From NCBI GenBank assembly GCA_963835065.1, contig CAWIEK010000051.1:1-64000 (forward strand): a DNA stretch of 64,000 bases, read 5' to 3'. The translations under genes and the position numbers were made by a program. Within the stretch, counting starts at the first letter, position 1. Each line of letters begins with the position of its first letter. The notes beneath the pieces were generated by a model. It had not been told where the DNA came from, made no database searches, and saw only the letters and a list, made by a program, of their open reading frames with translations. This DNA is from an uncultured Chthonomonadaceae bacterium. Its GTDB lineage: Bacteria; Armatimonadota; Chthonomonadetes; Chthonomonadales; Chthonomonadaceae. Below are positions 32,229 to 42,052 of this stretch, one piece after another.

Positions 32229-34616
32229 TCAGTAGGAGATTAGTACCCGAATATCCCCCTGCGTCCGACAGATGACGGTAAGCCGCGTACCGTGAAATTG
32301 AAAGGGAGCCGGGCTGCCGTTGATTGTTACGGCGAGGGGAACGCGCCCATTCTGCGCTTCGCCGACAAGCGTCCAGGCAACGGGTTTATGGCGCGGCGTA
32401 TCAAAATAAAAATCCAATTGAACGTGTTTGCCGTCCGGGGAAACGCTGCCGTCACGCAGCGCGGCAGGCTGCCATTCCGTCAGCAGCAGGGGCGCGGACC
32501 GGGAAAGCAGTTCCGCCAGCACATTCGGCCCGATCCAGGCATTGTTACGGTTTGCCTGCGCCATGTCAACGTAATTCCACAGGGTGGATGTGGGTTCGCC
32601 AAGCAGGGCGCGGGCAAAAATATGCGGAAAAGTCACATAAATCGAGTTGCCTTTGTAGGTTGTGGCGAAGGGATACACAACGTCGCCGCGATACCATTCC
32701 GGGAAACTGCGCGCGTACTCGGCTTCGTAGTCCGCCAACGCCGTCCCGCCAAACGCGCGGAGAACCGCGTACAATTCCGGCAGTACGCCATCTCCCGAAA
32801 GGACATTGGTGGTATCCCAGGGGTCATCTTCGCCCAGGCGGGCGCGGGTGAAGCCTTCCATTTCGTGGAAGCCCAACACCACGCTTTTCGGCCCGATCAG
32901 GCCGGCTTTACGCGCCCAGGCGGTGTACAGGAAGCGGGCGACAGTGGGCACGGCGATACGCGCGGCTTGTGCGGCAAAGTATTCTATGCCCGCTTTGTCC
33001 TTCAGGGCGCGGGCCATTTTCAGGCAGGCCAGCGTACCGCAGTAGGTGGCCGCCATCGGGTCGCCGGTTCCCGTGCTGTAGCCGTGATCGGCGTTTACAA
33101 CCGTCATCCACGCCCAGTCGTCGCCCCGGTCAAAATAGCGGTAGATACGCCGGACGTCGTTCCAATGCGCGCGGACAAACGCCCAATCTCCCGTATACTG
33201 CGCGTATTTGTACAGCCCGTAAAGCGGCAGGGCATCGCCCCAATCCAGATCGTAGCGGCGCTGATTCGGCCCGGCAATAAAATACGTCCATAGATAGGAT
33301 TGTCCGGTGAACGGCTCGGTTTCCGTTTTCCACGGGCGGGGCGGCGGTTTTGCGGTATCGGAGGAAGTTTCCGGTGTGGAAGCGCGGGGCAAGGCTGCTT
33401 TCGCCGGAGCGCGCGGCGGGGAAGGCTGCGGCAGATAGGGCGGCAGCGTAAAGGCAAGCGGCAAATAACGCTGCCAGGCGGCCTGCGTTTCGGCCCGGCG
33501 TTGTGGCGTCAAGTAGGCCCATGCCATTTGCGCGTTCGCCATGCCCGCGTAGCCCAGGTCAACCGCATTGTTCGCCCAATCGCCGCCCAGATGCCCCACC
33601 AGTTCATTCAGCAGGCGGGTATTGCCCTGCGCATTAGAGGCCGCTTCCGCTTCCACGCGAACATAGCCGCGCTCGTCTGTGGGCGGCACGGGCAGGGTAT
33701 ATCGCGCCGTATTACCCCGCATATAGGTAAAGTCGCCCCATTTTGTCGGGCAGTCCGCCGTGACCGTTTCGCCTGTGATGGCAGCCGGGTAGCCATGCGC
33801 GCGGGCAAACGCGAGAACGGGCGGCAGGGGCGCGATAGGGAGGCCCTCCGAAGTGGGAGCGTAGGTTTCCGTGAAGGTAACGGTCTGTCCATCCGGCGCA
33901 AGGCGATGGCTGCTGTAGTCGCGCGTGGGAATGGAAATAGCGGCCCATCGGCGGGCTTCGGCGCGAAGGTGATTTTCTTCCGCCGCGCTTGCAGCCGGAG
34001 CCAACTCGCGCAGGCCAAGCGGCGTTACAAACCGCGCGTCGCCAATCGCTTCCTGCCCTTCCACCACAATCTCGGTTTTATCGGGCAGGCAGGCCAGTGT
34101 TTTGACGCGAGGCTCAAATCCCCTGCGGAACGCGATCAGCAGGGGCATGGACGCCCGATCTTCGCGCCGTATCAGCAGGCCGGAACACTGTTCTGATTCC
34201 GGCGCAGGCGGCAGGTAAGCCATTGTAACCGGGAGGGGGTTGCCCTTCTCATCGGTAACGCGCAGCCGCATCCGCCTGCCATACGTCGCGCCAAAGCCGG
34301 GATACAGCAGGGTATAGCGCAACTGCGTTGGCTCATCCGCGCTTCCACCGGACAAACGGAGCGTTTTGCCGGTTGTGCCGATGGCGATAACCTTTGCCCG
34401 CGCCCTGCCCTCCCCATACGTTATTTGCATCGGCGTGGCCGTCGGCGGCGCGGCAAAACCATGCGGCGTCACGTTCAGCGTCAGCAGACCATCGTCATTG
34501 AAGCGACCAAAGCGACCAAATTGGCTCCTGTCGCTTGCAGGCGCGGCCTGCGCGCGCAGGACTACAGGGAGTGCAAAGAACAGCGAAAATGTCAGCAGGC
34601 GCAGGAATAATCGCAT
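32229..34616 (-). CDS. Large secreted hypothetical protein (possible alpha/alpha-barrel glycosidase)
   Basis: Long ORF; signal peptide MRLFLRLL..LRA; Trp/Tyr-rich YAQYTGDW.F...W helix motif; function tentative. Confidence 0.6.
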   Translation of the reverse strand: MRLFLRLLTFSLFFALPVVLRAQAAPASDRSQFGRFGRFNDDGLLTLNVTPHGFAAPPTATPMQITYGEGRARAKVIAIGTTGKTLRLSGGSADEPTQLRYTLLYPGFGATYGRRMRLRVTDEKGNPLPVTMAYLPPAPESEQCSGLLIRREDRASMPLLIAFRRGFEPRVKTLACLPDKTEIVVEGQEAIGDARFVTPLGLRELAPAASAAEENHLRAEARRWAAISIPTRDYSSHRLAPDGQTVTFTETYAPTSEGLPIAPLPPVLAFARAHGYPAAITGETVTADCPTKWGDFTYMRGNTARYTLPVPPTDERGYVRVEAEAASNAQGNTRLLNELVGHLGGDWANNAVDLGYAGMANAQMAWAYLTPQRRAETQAAWQRYLPLAFTLPPYLPQPSPPRAPAKAALPRASTPETSSDTAKPPPRPWKTETEPFTGQSYLWTYFIAGPNQRRYDLDWGDALPLYGLYKYAQYTGDWAFVRAHWNDVRRIYRYFDRGDDWAWMTVVNADHGYSTGTGDPMAATYCGTLACLKMARALKDKAGIEYFAAQAARIAVPTVARFLYTAWARKAGLIGPKSVVLGFHEMEGFTRARLGEDDPWDTTNVLSGDGVLPELYAVLRAFGGTALADYEAEYARSFPEWYRGDVVYPFATTYKGNSIYVTFPHIFARALLGEPTSTLWNYVDMAQANRNNAWIGPNVLAELLSRSAPLLLTEWQPAALRDGSVSPDGKHVQLDFYFDTPRHKPVAWTLVGEAQNGRVPLAVTINGSPAPFQFHGTRLTVICRTQGDIRVLISY

Positions 34617-34839
34617 AGGTTGTCCCATCGCATTTTGGAGAATGTTCACAGCGGCAGCGGGCATTTCCGCATCCATGTCTTCATAAGGGGATGAACCTCT
34701 GTTGGAGTACCGGCGCATCATCGGTTCATCGAAGCACAGTTTAATTTCCATAGGTTGCTATACATGAGGCAATGACGTGTCATTTCGGCCCTGATTTACG
34801 CAGAATTCTGACAATGATTTTGTAACCTCTTGTCTGGGC

Positions 34840-35375
34840 TATCTTCAAAGGCGTCAAACCGGATTTGTTAGCATGGTTTATGTCCGCGTGATGCGCTAAC
34901 AGAAGTGTTACGCAGGATTGGCGATTTGCAGCGACTGCTTGTATCAAGGGCGTATCGCCATAATCTGAATCTTGCGCATTGGGGTTAGCCCATCAGTTAC
35001 AAGTTAAGGAAATTTCGAGATTGTCAAGGGCTATTTTCACTGATTTTCAGCTCGTTAAAAGCCGTGTCACAACATCCGAAGTGGCTGTTTGTCCGCTAAA
35101 TGTTTCTTGCGATGGGCTGCCTGCTCGCTAATAGGCTTGGCAGGCAGCAGAACATCGGCAGAAAAATAGTGAAAATAACCCTTGACAAATCTTAAAAGTG
35201 CTTAACTTGTAACTGATGGGGTTTATCTTCAAAGGCGTCAAACCGGATTTGTTAGCATGGTTTATGTCCGCATGATGCGCTAACAGAAGTGTTACGCAGG
35301 ATTGGCGATTTGCAGCGACTGCTTGTATCAAGGGCGTATCGCCATAATCTGAATCTTGCACATTGGGGTCAGCCC
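34840..35375. repeat. 152-bp direct repeat (34840-34991 and 35224-35375), 3 mismatches
   Basis: Direct comparison of the two copies. Confidence 0.92.
34989..35220. mobile_element. 232-bp MITE (IS4-like ends, tentative)
   Basis: Perfect 20-bp TIR CCCATCAGTTACAAGTTAAG, extended by a second near-perfect block TGTCAAGGG(C/T)TATTTTCACT; no transposase. Confidence 0.85.
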
Positions 35376-36265
35376 TATGATTAAGCAATATTTTTACCAA
35401 CTTACAATCGCCTGAATAAGCGGCATAGAGAAGGGGCGTTGCTCCTGTTGAATCTTTTGCATCTATGGCAAAACCATTGCTCAACAGCAGACTAACCATT
35501 GCGGCATCATGTTTTTTGACAGCATGATGTAAAGCCAGACGGTCTGCTCCATTAACCTGTTTTGCCTTTCGGAGTTTGTTAATAAGTATCTTCGCAACTT
35601 GTAAACGCCGATACTCTACAGCGTACCGTAAGGGTGTGCCCAAACTTGGCTCGTTTCGGCGTGGGTCCTCCCCTTTATCGAGCATTGCTTTCACTTTGAC
35701 AGTATCCCCGCGTCGAATGGCGCGGTAGAATGGGCTTTCCACTATAGGAGCAAGAGGGTCTTGAGGCAGTTGGAAACCATAACCAATGTAAGCCCAACCC
35801 ATCATGTTACAAGTGAGAATTGCGCCGATTAGCAAGTAATGCTTAGAACAGCATATTTTTTGATCGCACAAGTATAAACTAGCATGAATAACTTACCATA
35901 TCCCATAGAAGTCTCCCTGATGAATAGCGCCCTGGTCCAATGCCTGGCTCGGGGATATGAGAATTCGGATTCGCATAGATGCCTGCTTTTAATGGGTTCA
36001 GCCACAATACCGTTTTAGCAGGCCAACCGTCTCCGCCTGCGGGCAATCCAATCAAAGCAGGAAGAAACTGTGCTTTGTTTTGACTATTTAGTTGTCAATG
36101 TGCTGGTCAGCAAGCATTATGTGTGAGTGTCAAGCATCACAATGTAGCATTGGTTTGTTGCGCGTTCAATATAATGTATTCTGATTGTGGATGTGGCATG
36201 TGCTGTCTCCCATTGGTATCAATGGCCTCTCGGCACACTTGCATACTGCTACGCCGCATTTCGTT

Positions 36266-36775
36266 CTAATGCGAAGTCAGAAGGTTCCTAATCCCTGCAT
36301 CCACTTTGTAGTCCGTAAGCTGCATCCTGCATAAATTCTGCGTGTGTTTACCCATATAGGGAAAGATGCGGTCAAAGTGACTTGCGTAAGTGGTAAGTAA
36401 CGCCTCGCAAACAGTGACACTGATCAGATTTCGAACTTGGAAATCTGAATTGCTGGCTAACTCTTCTATCCAAGCCATAATATCGGCCAAGCGATTTGCC
36501 TGGCTAGGGTTGGCTGTAAGTGTAATCAGGAACGGGATAAGCAGGTTCTCCATTACAAGGGTCAACCCCGGACTTGACTGAACAGTTTCACTCAATCCAT
36601 GCAGTTGGTTAATTTCGTGCATATCAATGCTGTCTTGTTCAGTCCAGAGCAAGTGTGCGCTATTGTTCTCGCGCAGCATTTCTTCATAGTTCTCCCGAAT
36701 TTCCGGTACGGCTATGAGTAAGCGTGGGAGAACGTTATTGTATTCTCGCATGTCTCCTTGTGCCATATTTGACAT
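36266..36775 (-). CDS. Hypothetical low-GC protein, putative immunity protein
   Basis: 169-aa helical acidic ORF; ATG overlaps an upstream TAA (TAATG). Confidence 0.6.
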   Translation of the reverse strand: MSNMAQGDMREYNNVLPRLLIAVPEIRENYEEMLRENNSAHLLWTEQDSIDMHEINQLHGLSETVQSSPGLTLVMENLLIPFLITLTANPSQANRLADIMAWIEELASNSDFQVRNLISVTVCEALLTTYASHFDRIFPYMGKHTQNLCRMQLTDYKVDAGIRNLLTSH

Positions 36776-36903
36776 TACTTTCCTTGCAGCGCGCGCTGTA
36801 AGTCATCGTGCTGTGATGTGTACCCTGTGTTCTCTATAGCAGCAAGTCTCCAACGCGCTACGCCCGTTCTGATTGTGTATCCCCATAGAGAAATCCAAAG
36901 CCA

Positions 36904-37422
36904 TTATAAAAATGTATTATAATCAGTTCCGGTGGTAAAATTGCCGCTGCTGTCGGCGATGGTGCTGTCGGCGATGGTGTTGAACGTTTTAACGACGGCG
37001 CGGTATTTCGCTCCCGCAGTGGCAAAGATGTCGAAGTTGTTCAGCGCGTTCGCGCCATTGATGGTCACGTTCATTTTGCGGCTGCCGGCTGCGTTAAACG
37101 CCAACTCCGCAAAATGAAGCCGCACCACATACCAACCGTTTGCGGTAAAGCCTGGAAGCGTGTAGACAAGAAGAGAGGAAGCCGTGTTCTGCGTCTGATA
37201 GATGGACGCGGGCGCGGCATTGGCAACGCCCTTCACGTCAATGCCCGTCGTTGTGGAAACCGGCGAACTGCTGCTGTAATAAGCGTCCGAGCGAAACGTT
37301 CCGACTGTGACCCCGCCGCCGCAATCCACGCGCAGAGGCGCGTCGGCATGAGCAAAGCGAACGCCGGACAAACACAGCGTCCAAACAGCAAACAGCAGGG
37401 CAATCAGCAGACGGCGGGCCAT
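36904..37422 (-). CDS. Secreted malectin-domain protein, apparently truncated
   Basis: Signal peptide AHA|D; RVDCGG, IYQT, YVVRLHFAEL, RKMNVTING, FDIFATAG; GGAGAG RBS; runs into AT-rich sequence after a 15-bp tandem duplication. Confidence 0.8.
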   Translation of the reverse strand: MARRLLIALLFAVWTLCLSGVRFAHADAPLRVDCGGGVTVGTFRSDAYYSSSSPVSTTTGIDVKGVANAAPASIYQTQNTASSLLVYTLPGFTANGWYVVRLHFAELAFNAAGSRKMNVTINGANALNNFDIFATAGAKYRAVVKTFNTIADSTIADSSGNFTTGTDYNTFL

Positions 37423-37997
37423 AATCGCTCTCCACGAAAATCAACATAACGACAATGCAGGGGATGGCGCAAACACTGGAAGATTGCATAAACACGCGCA
37501 GCATACCCAAATGGACAGGGCTGCCGTTTCATCGCAGAATTTCCAAAGTTCGAAAAGTGAAGCAGGAAGAAAGGGAGAAGACACAATCTCCCGGATCAAC
37601 AATCGCACAGGCAAGCAAGGCAAACAACACGCTATTTCAGGGGCATACAGACAGCCCGCAGGTTCACGCACTCAATAGGAGAATTGCCGCACACCGTATC
37701 GCATGTCAAACCAGAAGACTGTTGCCGCCGCAGAAAAGGCGCACAAAAGCCGGAAGTAAAAGCAGTGAAGAAGTGGACCACTTAGCGCGTACAAAACACC
37801 CGTCAAGCGAACAAACCAGTATTTTGTACAATTAACAAAAGTATACGCCACCATCCAAGCGCCAGTCAATAGGAAAAATACAATTTTTCAAAATTTTTCA
37901 TTTGCTTCCATTTACGCCGCCCAGATACAGCGTTATGAAGCAAAACACCTCATTTTGTCGAATTAATCTTACTTTCCCTACTGTATCTCTTCTCCCT

Positions 37998-38064
37998 CCC
38001 CGTGACCCCCGTGTTCCCCGTGGTTTATGTCTCCTCTTCTCTCCGTGTTCTCCGTGTTCTCCCC
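37998..38064. repeat. 9-bp intergenic tandem repeats
   Basis: CCCCGTG(AC/TT/GT) x3 at 37998-38024 and CTCCGTGTT x2 at 38041-38058. Confidence 0.65.
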
Positions 38065-38407
38065 GGAACTTTTTTCGCGCAAGTGACCGTAAAACCCGCA
38101 GGAGCGCGGAAAATAAGATATACTATGCCAAAGTGTCCCGTTTGGCGGCCCTGACGCCCCCGTTTCCGGCAAGACCACACGACTCCCCATGATTGCGTGT
38201 TCTTCCGCACAATACAAACAATCTAAGATTTTCGGCTCGACGGCAGCCCACGCCTTCTTTTCAGCACCGATTACCCCGGTAGCGAAGCCTGGCGCTGCAT
38301 GTCCACTTTCTTTAACTATTTACAGATTTACCATCGGCCTGAAACCGCCCGGTTCCCCTGCGCCCTCCCCGCGCCGCGAACCGAAGCGGAAGGAGACCTG
38401 ACGACGT

Positions 38408-41400
38408 ATGAATTTCCGAAACCATCCCCGTGTTCGCCGCATCACCACCTGTGTCTCGACCCTGTCGCTTGTCGCGTACTCCACGTCCCTGCTTTCGCCC
38501 ACCTTCGCGCAGGAGCCGGGTACGCCCATGCCCGTACAAAACACGCCCGAAAAAGCGAAAAAGCAGGACGAACTGGATCGGCAGAAAAAGCCCGCGCCGC
38601 CGCCCGCGCCCGGCAACCCGGCGGTGATTATTGACCCCAACAACGGCAGCGGCAACAACACGCGCGACTTCAACCGCGACGGCACGCCCCGGATTCCGAA
38701 CCATACGCGGCGTGACTATGGCGACCATCAGCGCACCCCGGAAGACACGCGCATGGGAACGGATGTCAAGAACCTGCCCCTGTATGGCTATATATTTTTC
38801 GCCGACGCCCGCCGCAACATCGAAGCCCGGCGCAATGGCCTGATCAGCGCGCTTAACGGCAACAATCAAAATGCAAACGGTTCGTCCCGCAATGACCGCA
38901 ATTTCACGAACGGCAATGCGGACGGCAGCCGCCGCAATACCAACAACCGCAACGGCAATGATGGCGACAATATACCCACTCGCCGCGCCGATGGTTCCGA
39001 TGCCAACAGCGGCAACCAAAACGGACAGGACAATCGGGATGGGCGCAACGGCAACGGGCGCAGCAGTGACGGGCGCAACGCTGATGGACGTAACACTGAC
39101 GGACGCAATAGTGATGGGCGCAATAGTGATGGGCGCGGCAATCAGGATGGGCGCGACAACGCCGATCCGAACGACGATTCCCGCAACGATGACAACGTGA
39201 CCGATGCGCAGCGGCGGCGCGATGCCCGCCGCCGGGATGCCGATTCTACGGACGCCGCGCTGGAAGACGACAACGGGGTACAGAGCCGCTTGCAGGGGTT
39301 TCCCGCGCGCAACAGTGGCGACACCCGCAATAGCGGACGCGCGGACGATAATGGCAATGACCGCAGCGGAACGGACCGGAACAGCAGCGGCAACCGTAAT
39401 CGTAGCAACACAGGCAGCAACAGCACGGACCGCAACGGCCAGAACAACTCGCAAAACAACCCGAACTACAACTCACAGTATAATCCGAACAATTCCAACA
39501 ATTCCTACAACACGCCCGTGCAGCGCTCCACTGTCAGCGGCTTCGACGGCATCATTGACCCGATCACGCAGTTGACCAACAACATCATCGCCTCCCCGCC
39601 CGCCACGTACCAGTTGTCCGGCGGGGATGAAGTGGTGATTCACATTACCACGCCCAAACTGAACCCGATTGACATGACCCGCACCGTAGACACGCTGGGC
39701 AATCTCGATATGGGCGAAATGGGGCGCGTGGTCGTGCGCGGCAAAACGCTGGACCAGATTGAAAGCGATGTTCAAAAACGCGCCACGCAGTATTACAAGG
39801 GCGCGCAGGTGTCCCTCAACCTCAAGCAACTGCGCACCATTTCTGTGACCGTGCAGGGCGAGGCCGTGCAGCCGGGCACGTATGTGGTTCCTTCCGTCAT
39901 TTCCGCCTTCAACATGCTGAATGCGGTTGGCGGGCCGACGGAAGACGGCTCGCTGCGCGACATCAAGGTGATGCGGCAGGGCAAAGAGATCAAAAGCCTG
40001 GACTTTTACAAGTTTATGAAGGGCGACGGGCAGGAAGACGTGATCCTGCGCGCGGGCGACATTTTGGTGATTTCGCCGACTGGCAACCGCGTTGCCCTGA
40101 CCGGCGAAGTTCGGCATCCTGCGCAGTACGAATTGAAGGACAACGAAAGCCTGCAGGATGCGCTGAAATATGCGGGCGGCGTGAAAGCGTCGGGCGTGGA
40201 TCAAATCGTACAACTCAACACGCTGGAACCGGGCCAGAACCGCGTTTTGAAAAACATCAATCTGCGGGATAAAGCGGAAGTCGCGGCTATCAAGCTGTAC
40301 GACGGCGACAGCGTGGAAATCCATTCCGTGCGCCAGATCATTGATAACAAGGTGCATGTGGCGGGAGCCATTTCCCAACCCGGCGATTACGCCATGACGC
40401 CGGGTATGAAAGTGGCCGACCTGCTGCGCCTGGCCCGCAACCCGATCAGCGAAGCCTATCTGGGCCGCGCCGCCCTGAAGCGCTGGAACGGCGACAACAC
40501 GACCACGCTGATCCCCATTGACCTTGCCAAAGCGATTGAAAACGACCCGCAAAACAACATTCCCCTGATGAAGTGGGACAGCCTTGAAATCTATTCGCGC
40601 TCCGAAGCCGCATTTGTCGGGACGCGCAAGATCGAAGTGCGCGGAGCCGTGCAGCGCGAAGGCGTGTACGAGTACAGCCAGAACATGCGCGTACTGGATA
40701 TTCTGCTGCGCGCGGGCGGCGCATTGCCCAATGCGGAGCGCATCGAACTGATACATCAGCACGGCGATGGCACGTACAAACTGGAATCCATCAACGTGGC
40801 GGATGTGGCGCACGGCGACCCGGCCAAAAACGTGCTTGTGGAAGACAACGATATTGTAGCCGTGTACAAGAACACGGAAGCGCAGTTTATCGCTTCGCAT
40901 CAGGTGCGCGTTGAGGGCGAAGTGGTGACGCCGGGCTTTTATCCCCGCGCCGAAGGCATGCGCCTGACCGACGCCCTGCGGCTTTCGGGTTGGTTCCGGC
41001 CCGGCGCGCATCCGAGCGTAAAAATCGCCCACGCGCGCCGTTCGGTAGACTCCAAAGACGCGGCGGGCAACATTGTTTCCGTCGCCTTCGACACGCAGTT
41101 CCGGTGCGACCCGCAGGACGACCTGCGTTTGGAAGACGGCGACGTGATCGCTGTACAGGGCACGGGCGGCATTGACGAGCGCCCCGCTGTGGTTTATGTG
41201 AAGGGCGCGGTCAACACGCCCGGTCCCATCTTCCTCAAGAACAAAAACGTGCGTCTGAGCGAAGCCATTGCCGAAGCGGGCGGCCTGCGCCCCGAAGCCT
41301 TCCCCGAAGGCGCGGAGTTCAACCGCGATCCCGCCAAACTGTCGTCCAAAACGCAGAAGGAAATGGCGACAACAATCGGCAAACTGACCAATCTGCTCAA

Positions 41401-42052
41401 CGATCAGGATTACCTGGGGAAACTTGCTCAATCGGATATCGAGCGTTTGAAGGCGCTGCAGCAAACCAGTGACAGCGGCAGTCTGCTGGGCGGCCAGCAA
41501 AGCACCAGCGCGCTCAACAATGCGGCGGGGGTTGCCATCGCTTCCAAGCTGTCGGAACACCAACTTGTGACGCCGCCGCGCCGCCTGACCGAAACAGAAC
41601 TGGACCCGAGCGGTAACATCGCTGTAAACCTGCCTGCCGCGCTGGAGGAATCGAAAAAGGGCGGACGGCGCGACGACGACATTCTGCTGGTAGACGGCGA
41701 CACCATCACGGTTCCCGAAAAACCGACGACGGTTCAGGTGATCGGCGCGGTCATCCATCAGCGCGGCGTGCTGTTCACGCCGGGCAAGTCGCTGGAATTC
41801 TATATCGAGCAGTCGGGCGGCTATGCCCCGGATGCCGCGCCGATGAAGACCATCGAAATCATTCGCGCGGGCGGAGGCATTATTCCCGCCAACAAGGTCA
41901 AGGATTTACGTCCCGGCGACGTGATTCTGGTTCCGACCAAAGTGCTGGCGGCGAAAATCGCGCAGCATCACGACGGCATCGGCGATTTCTTCAAGTCCAT
42001 CACCAACTCGGCGATTATCTTCCGGCTGGCAACAGGAGTGTTTGGAATCTAA
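38408..42052 (+). CDS. Polysaccharide export protein with multiple SLBB domains (KpsD/Wza-like) and N/D/G/R-rich insert
   Basis: LPLYGY.FF, YQLSGGD poly_export region, repeated V.GEV..PG.Y / AGG / L..GD.I.V SLBB motifs; AAGGAG RBS. Confidence 0.9.
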   Translation: MNFRNHPRVRRITTCVSTLSLVAYSTSLLSPTFAQEPGTPMPVQNTPEKAKKQDELDRQKKPAPPPAPGNPAVIIDPNNGSGNNTRDFNRDGTPRIPNHTRRDYGDHQRTPEDTRMGTDVKNLPLYGYIFFADARRNIEARRNGLISALNGNNQNANGSSRNDRNFTNGNADGSRRNTNNRNGNDGDNIPTRRADGSDANSGNQNGQDNRDGRNGNGRSSDGRNADGRNTDGRNSDGRNSDGRGNQDGRDNADPNDDSRNDDNVTDAQRRRDARRRDADSTDAALEDDNGVQSRLQGFPARNSGDTRNSGRADDNGNDRSGTDRNSSGNRNRSNTGSNSTDRNGQNNSQNNPNYNSQYNPNNSNNSYNTPVQRSTVSGFDGIIDPITQLTNNIIASPPATYQLSGGDEVVIHITTPKLNPIDMTRTVDTLGNLDMGEMGRVVVRGKTLDQIESDVQKRATQYYKGAQVSLNLKQLRTISVTVQGEAVQPGTYVVPSVISAFNMLNAVGGPTEDGSLRDIKVMRQGKEIKSLDFYKFMKGDGQEDVILRAGDILVISPTGNRVALTGEVRHPAQYELKDNESLQDALKYAGGVKASGVDQIVQLNTLEPGQNRVLKNINLRDKAEVAAIKLYDGDSVEIHSVRQIIDNKVHVAGAISQPGDYAMTPGMKVADLLRLARNPISEAYLGRAALKRWNGDNTTTLIPIDLAKAIENDPQNNIPLMKWDSLEIYSRSEAAFVGTRKIEVRGAVQREGVYEYSQNMRVLDILLRAGGALPNAERIELIHQHGDGTYKLESINVADVAHGDPAKNVLVEDNDIVAVYKNTEAQFIASHQVRVEGEVVTPGFYPRAEGMRLTDALRLSGWFRPGAHPSVKIAHARRSVDSKDAAGNIVSVAFDTQFRCDPQDDLRLEDGDVIAVQGTGGIDERPAVVYVKGAVNTPGPIFLKNKNVRLSEAIAEAGGLRPEAFPEGAEFNRDPAKLSSKTQKEMATTIGKLTNLLNDQDYLGKLAQSDIERLKALQQTSDSGSLLGGQQSTSALNNAAGVAIASKLSEHQLVTPPRRLTETELDPSGNIAVNLPAALEESKKGGRRDDDILLVDGDTITVPEKPTTVQVIGAVIHQRGVLFTPGKSLEFYIEQSGGYAPDAAPMKTIEIIRAGGGIIPANKVKDLRPGDVILVPTKVLAAKIAQHHDGIGDFFKSITNSAIIFRLATGVFGI

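Larger units (their letters stand above)
34780..35871 (-). pseudogene. Ankyrin repeat gene interrupted by a MITE and a 152-bp duplication
   Basis: Ankyrin motifs in ORF 35128-35871; native C-terminus TPLKIAQTRGYKIIVRILRKSGPK* lies beyond the second repeat copy (TGA at 34782-34780). Confidence 0.85.

Noticed and set aside
34840..35375. Diversity-generating retroelement TR/VR pair
   Set aside because: Only 3 mismatches, not consistently at adenines of one copy and strand; no reverse transcriptase; a MITE lies between the copies
38277..38284. ops-like CGGTAGCG upstream of the export operon
   Set aside because: Partial match only, expected by chance in GC-rich DNA; no RfaH-like gene in view
39038..39142. 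CRISPR-like periodic repeats
   Set aside because: 15-bp in-frame coding repeats without unique spacers; no cas genes in the window
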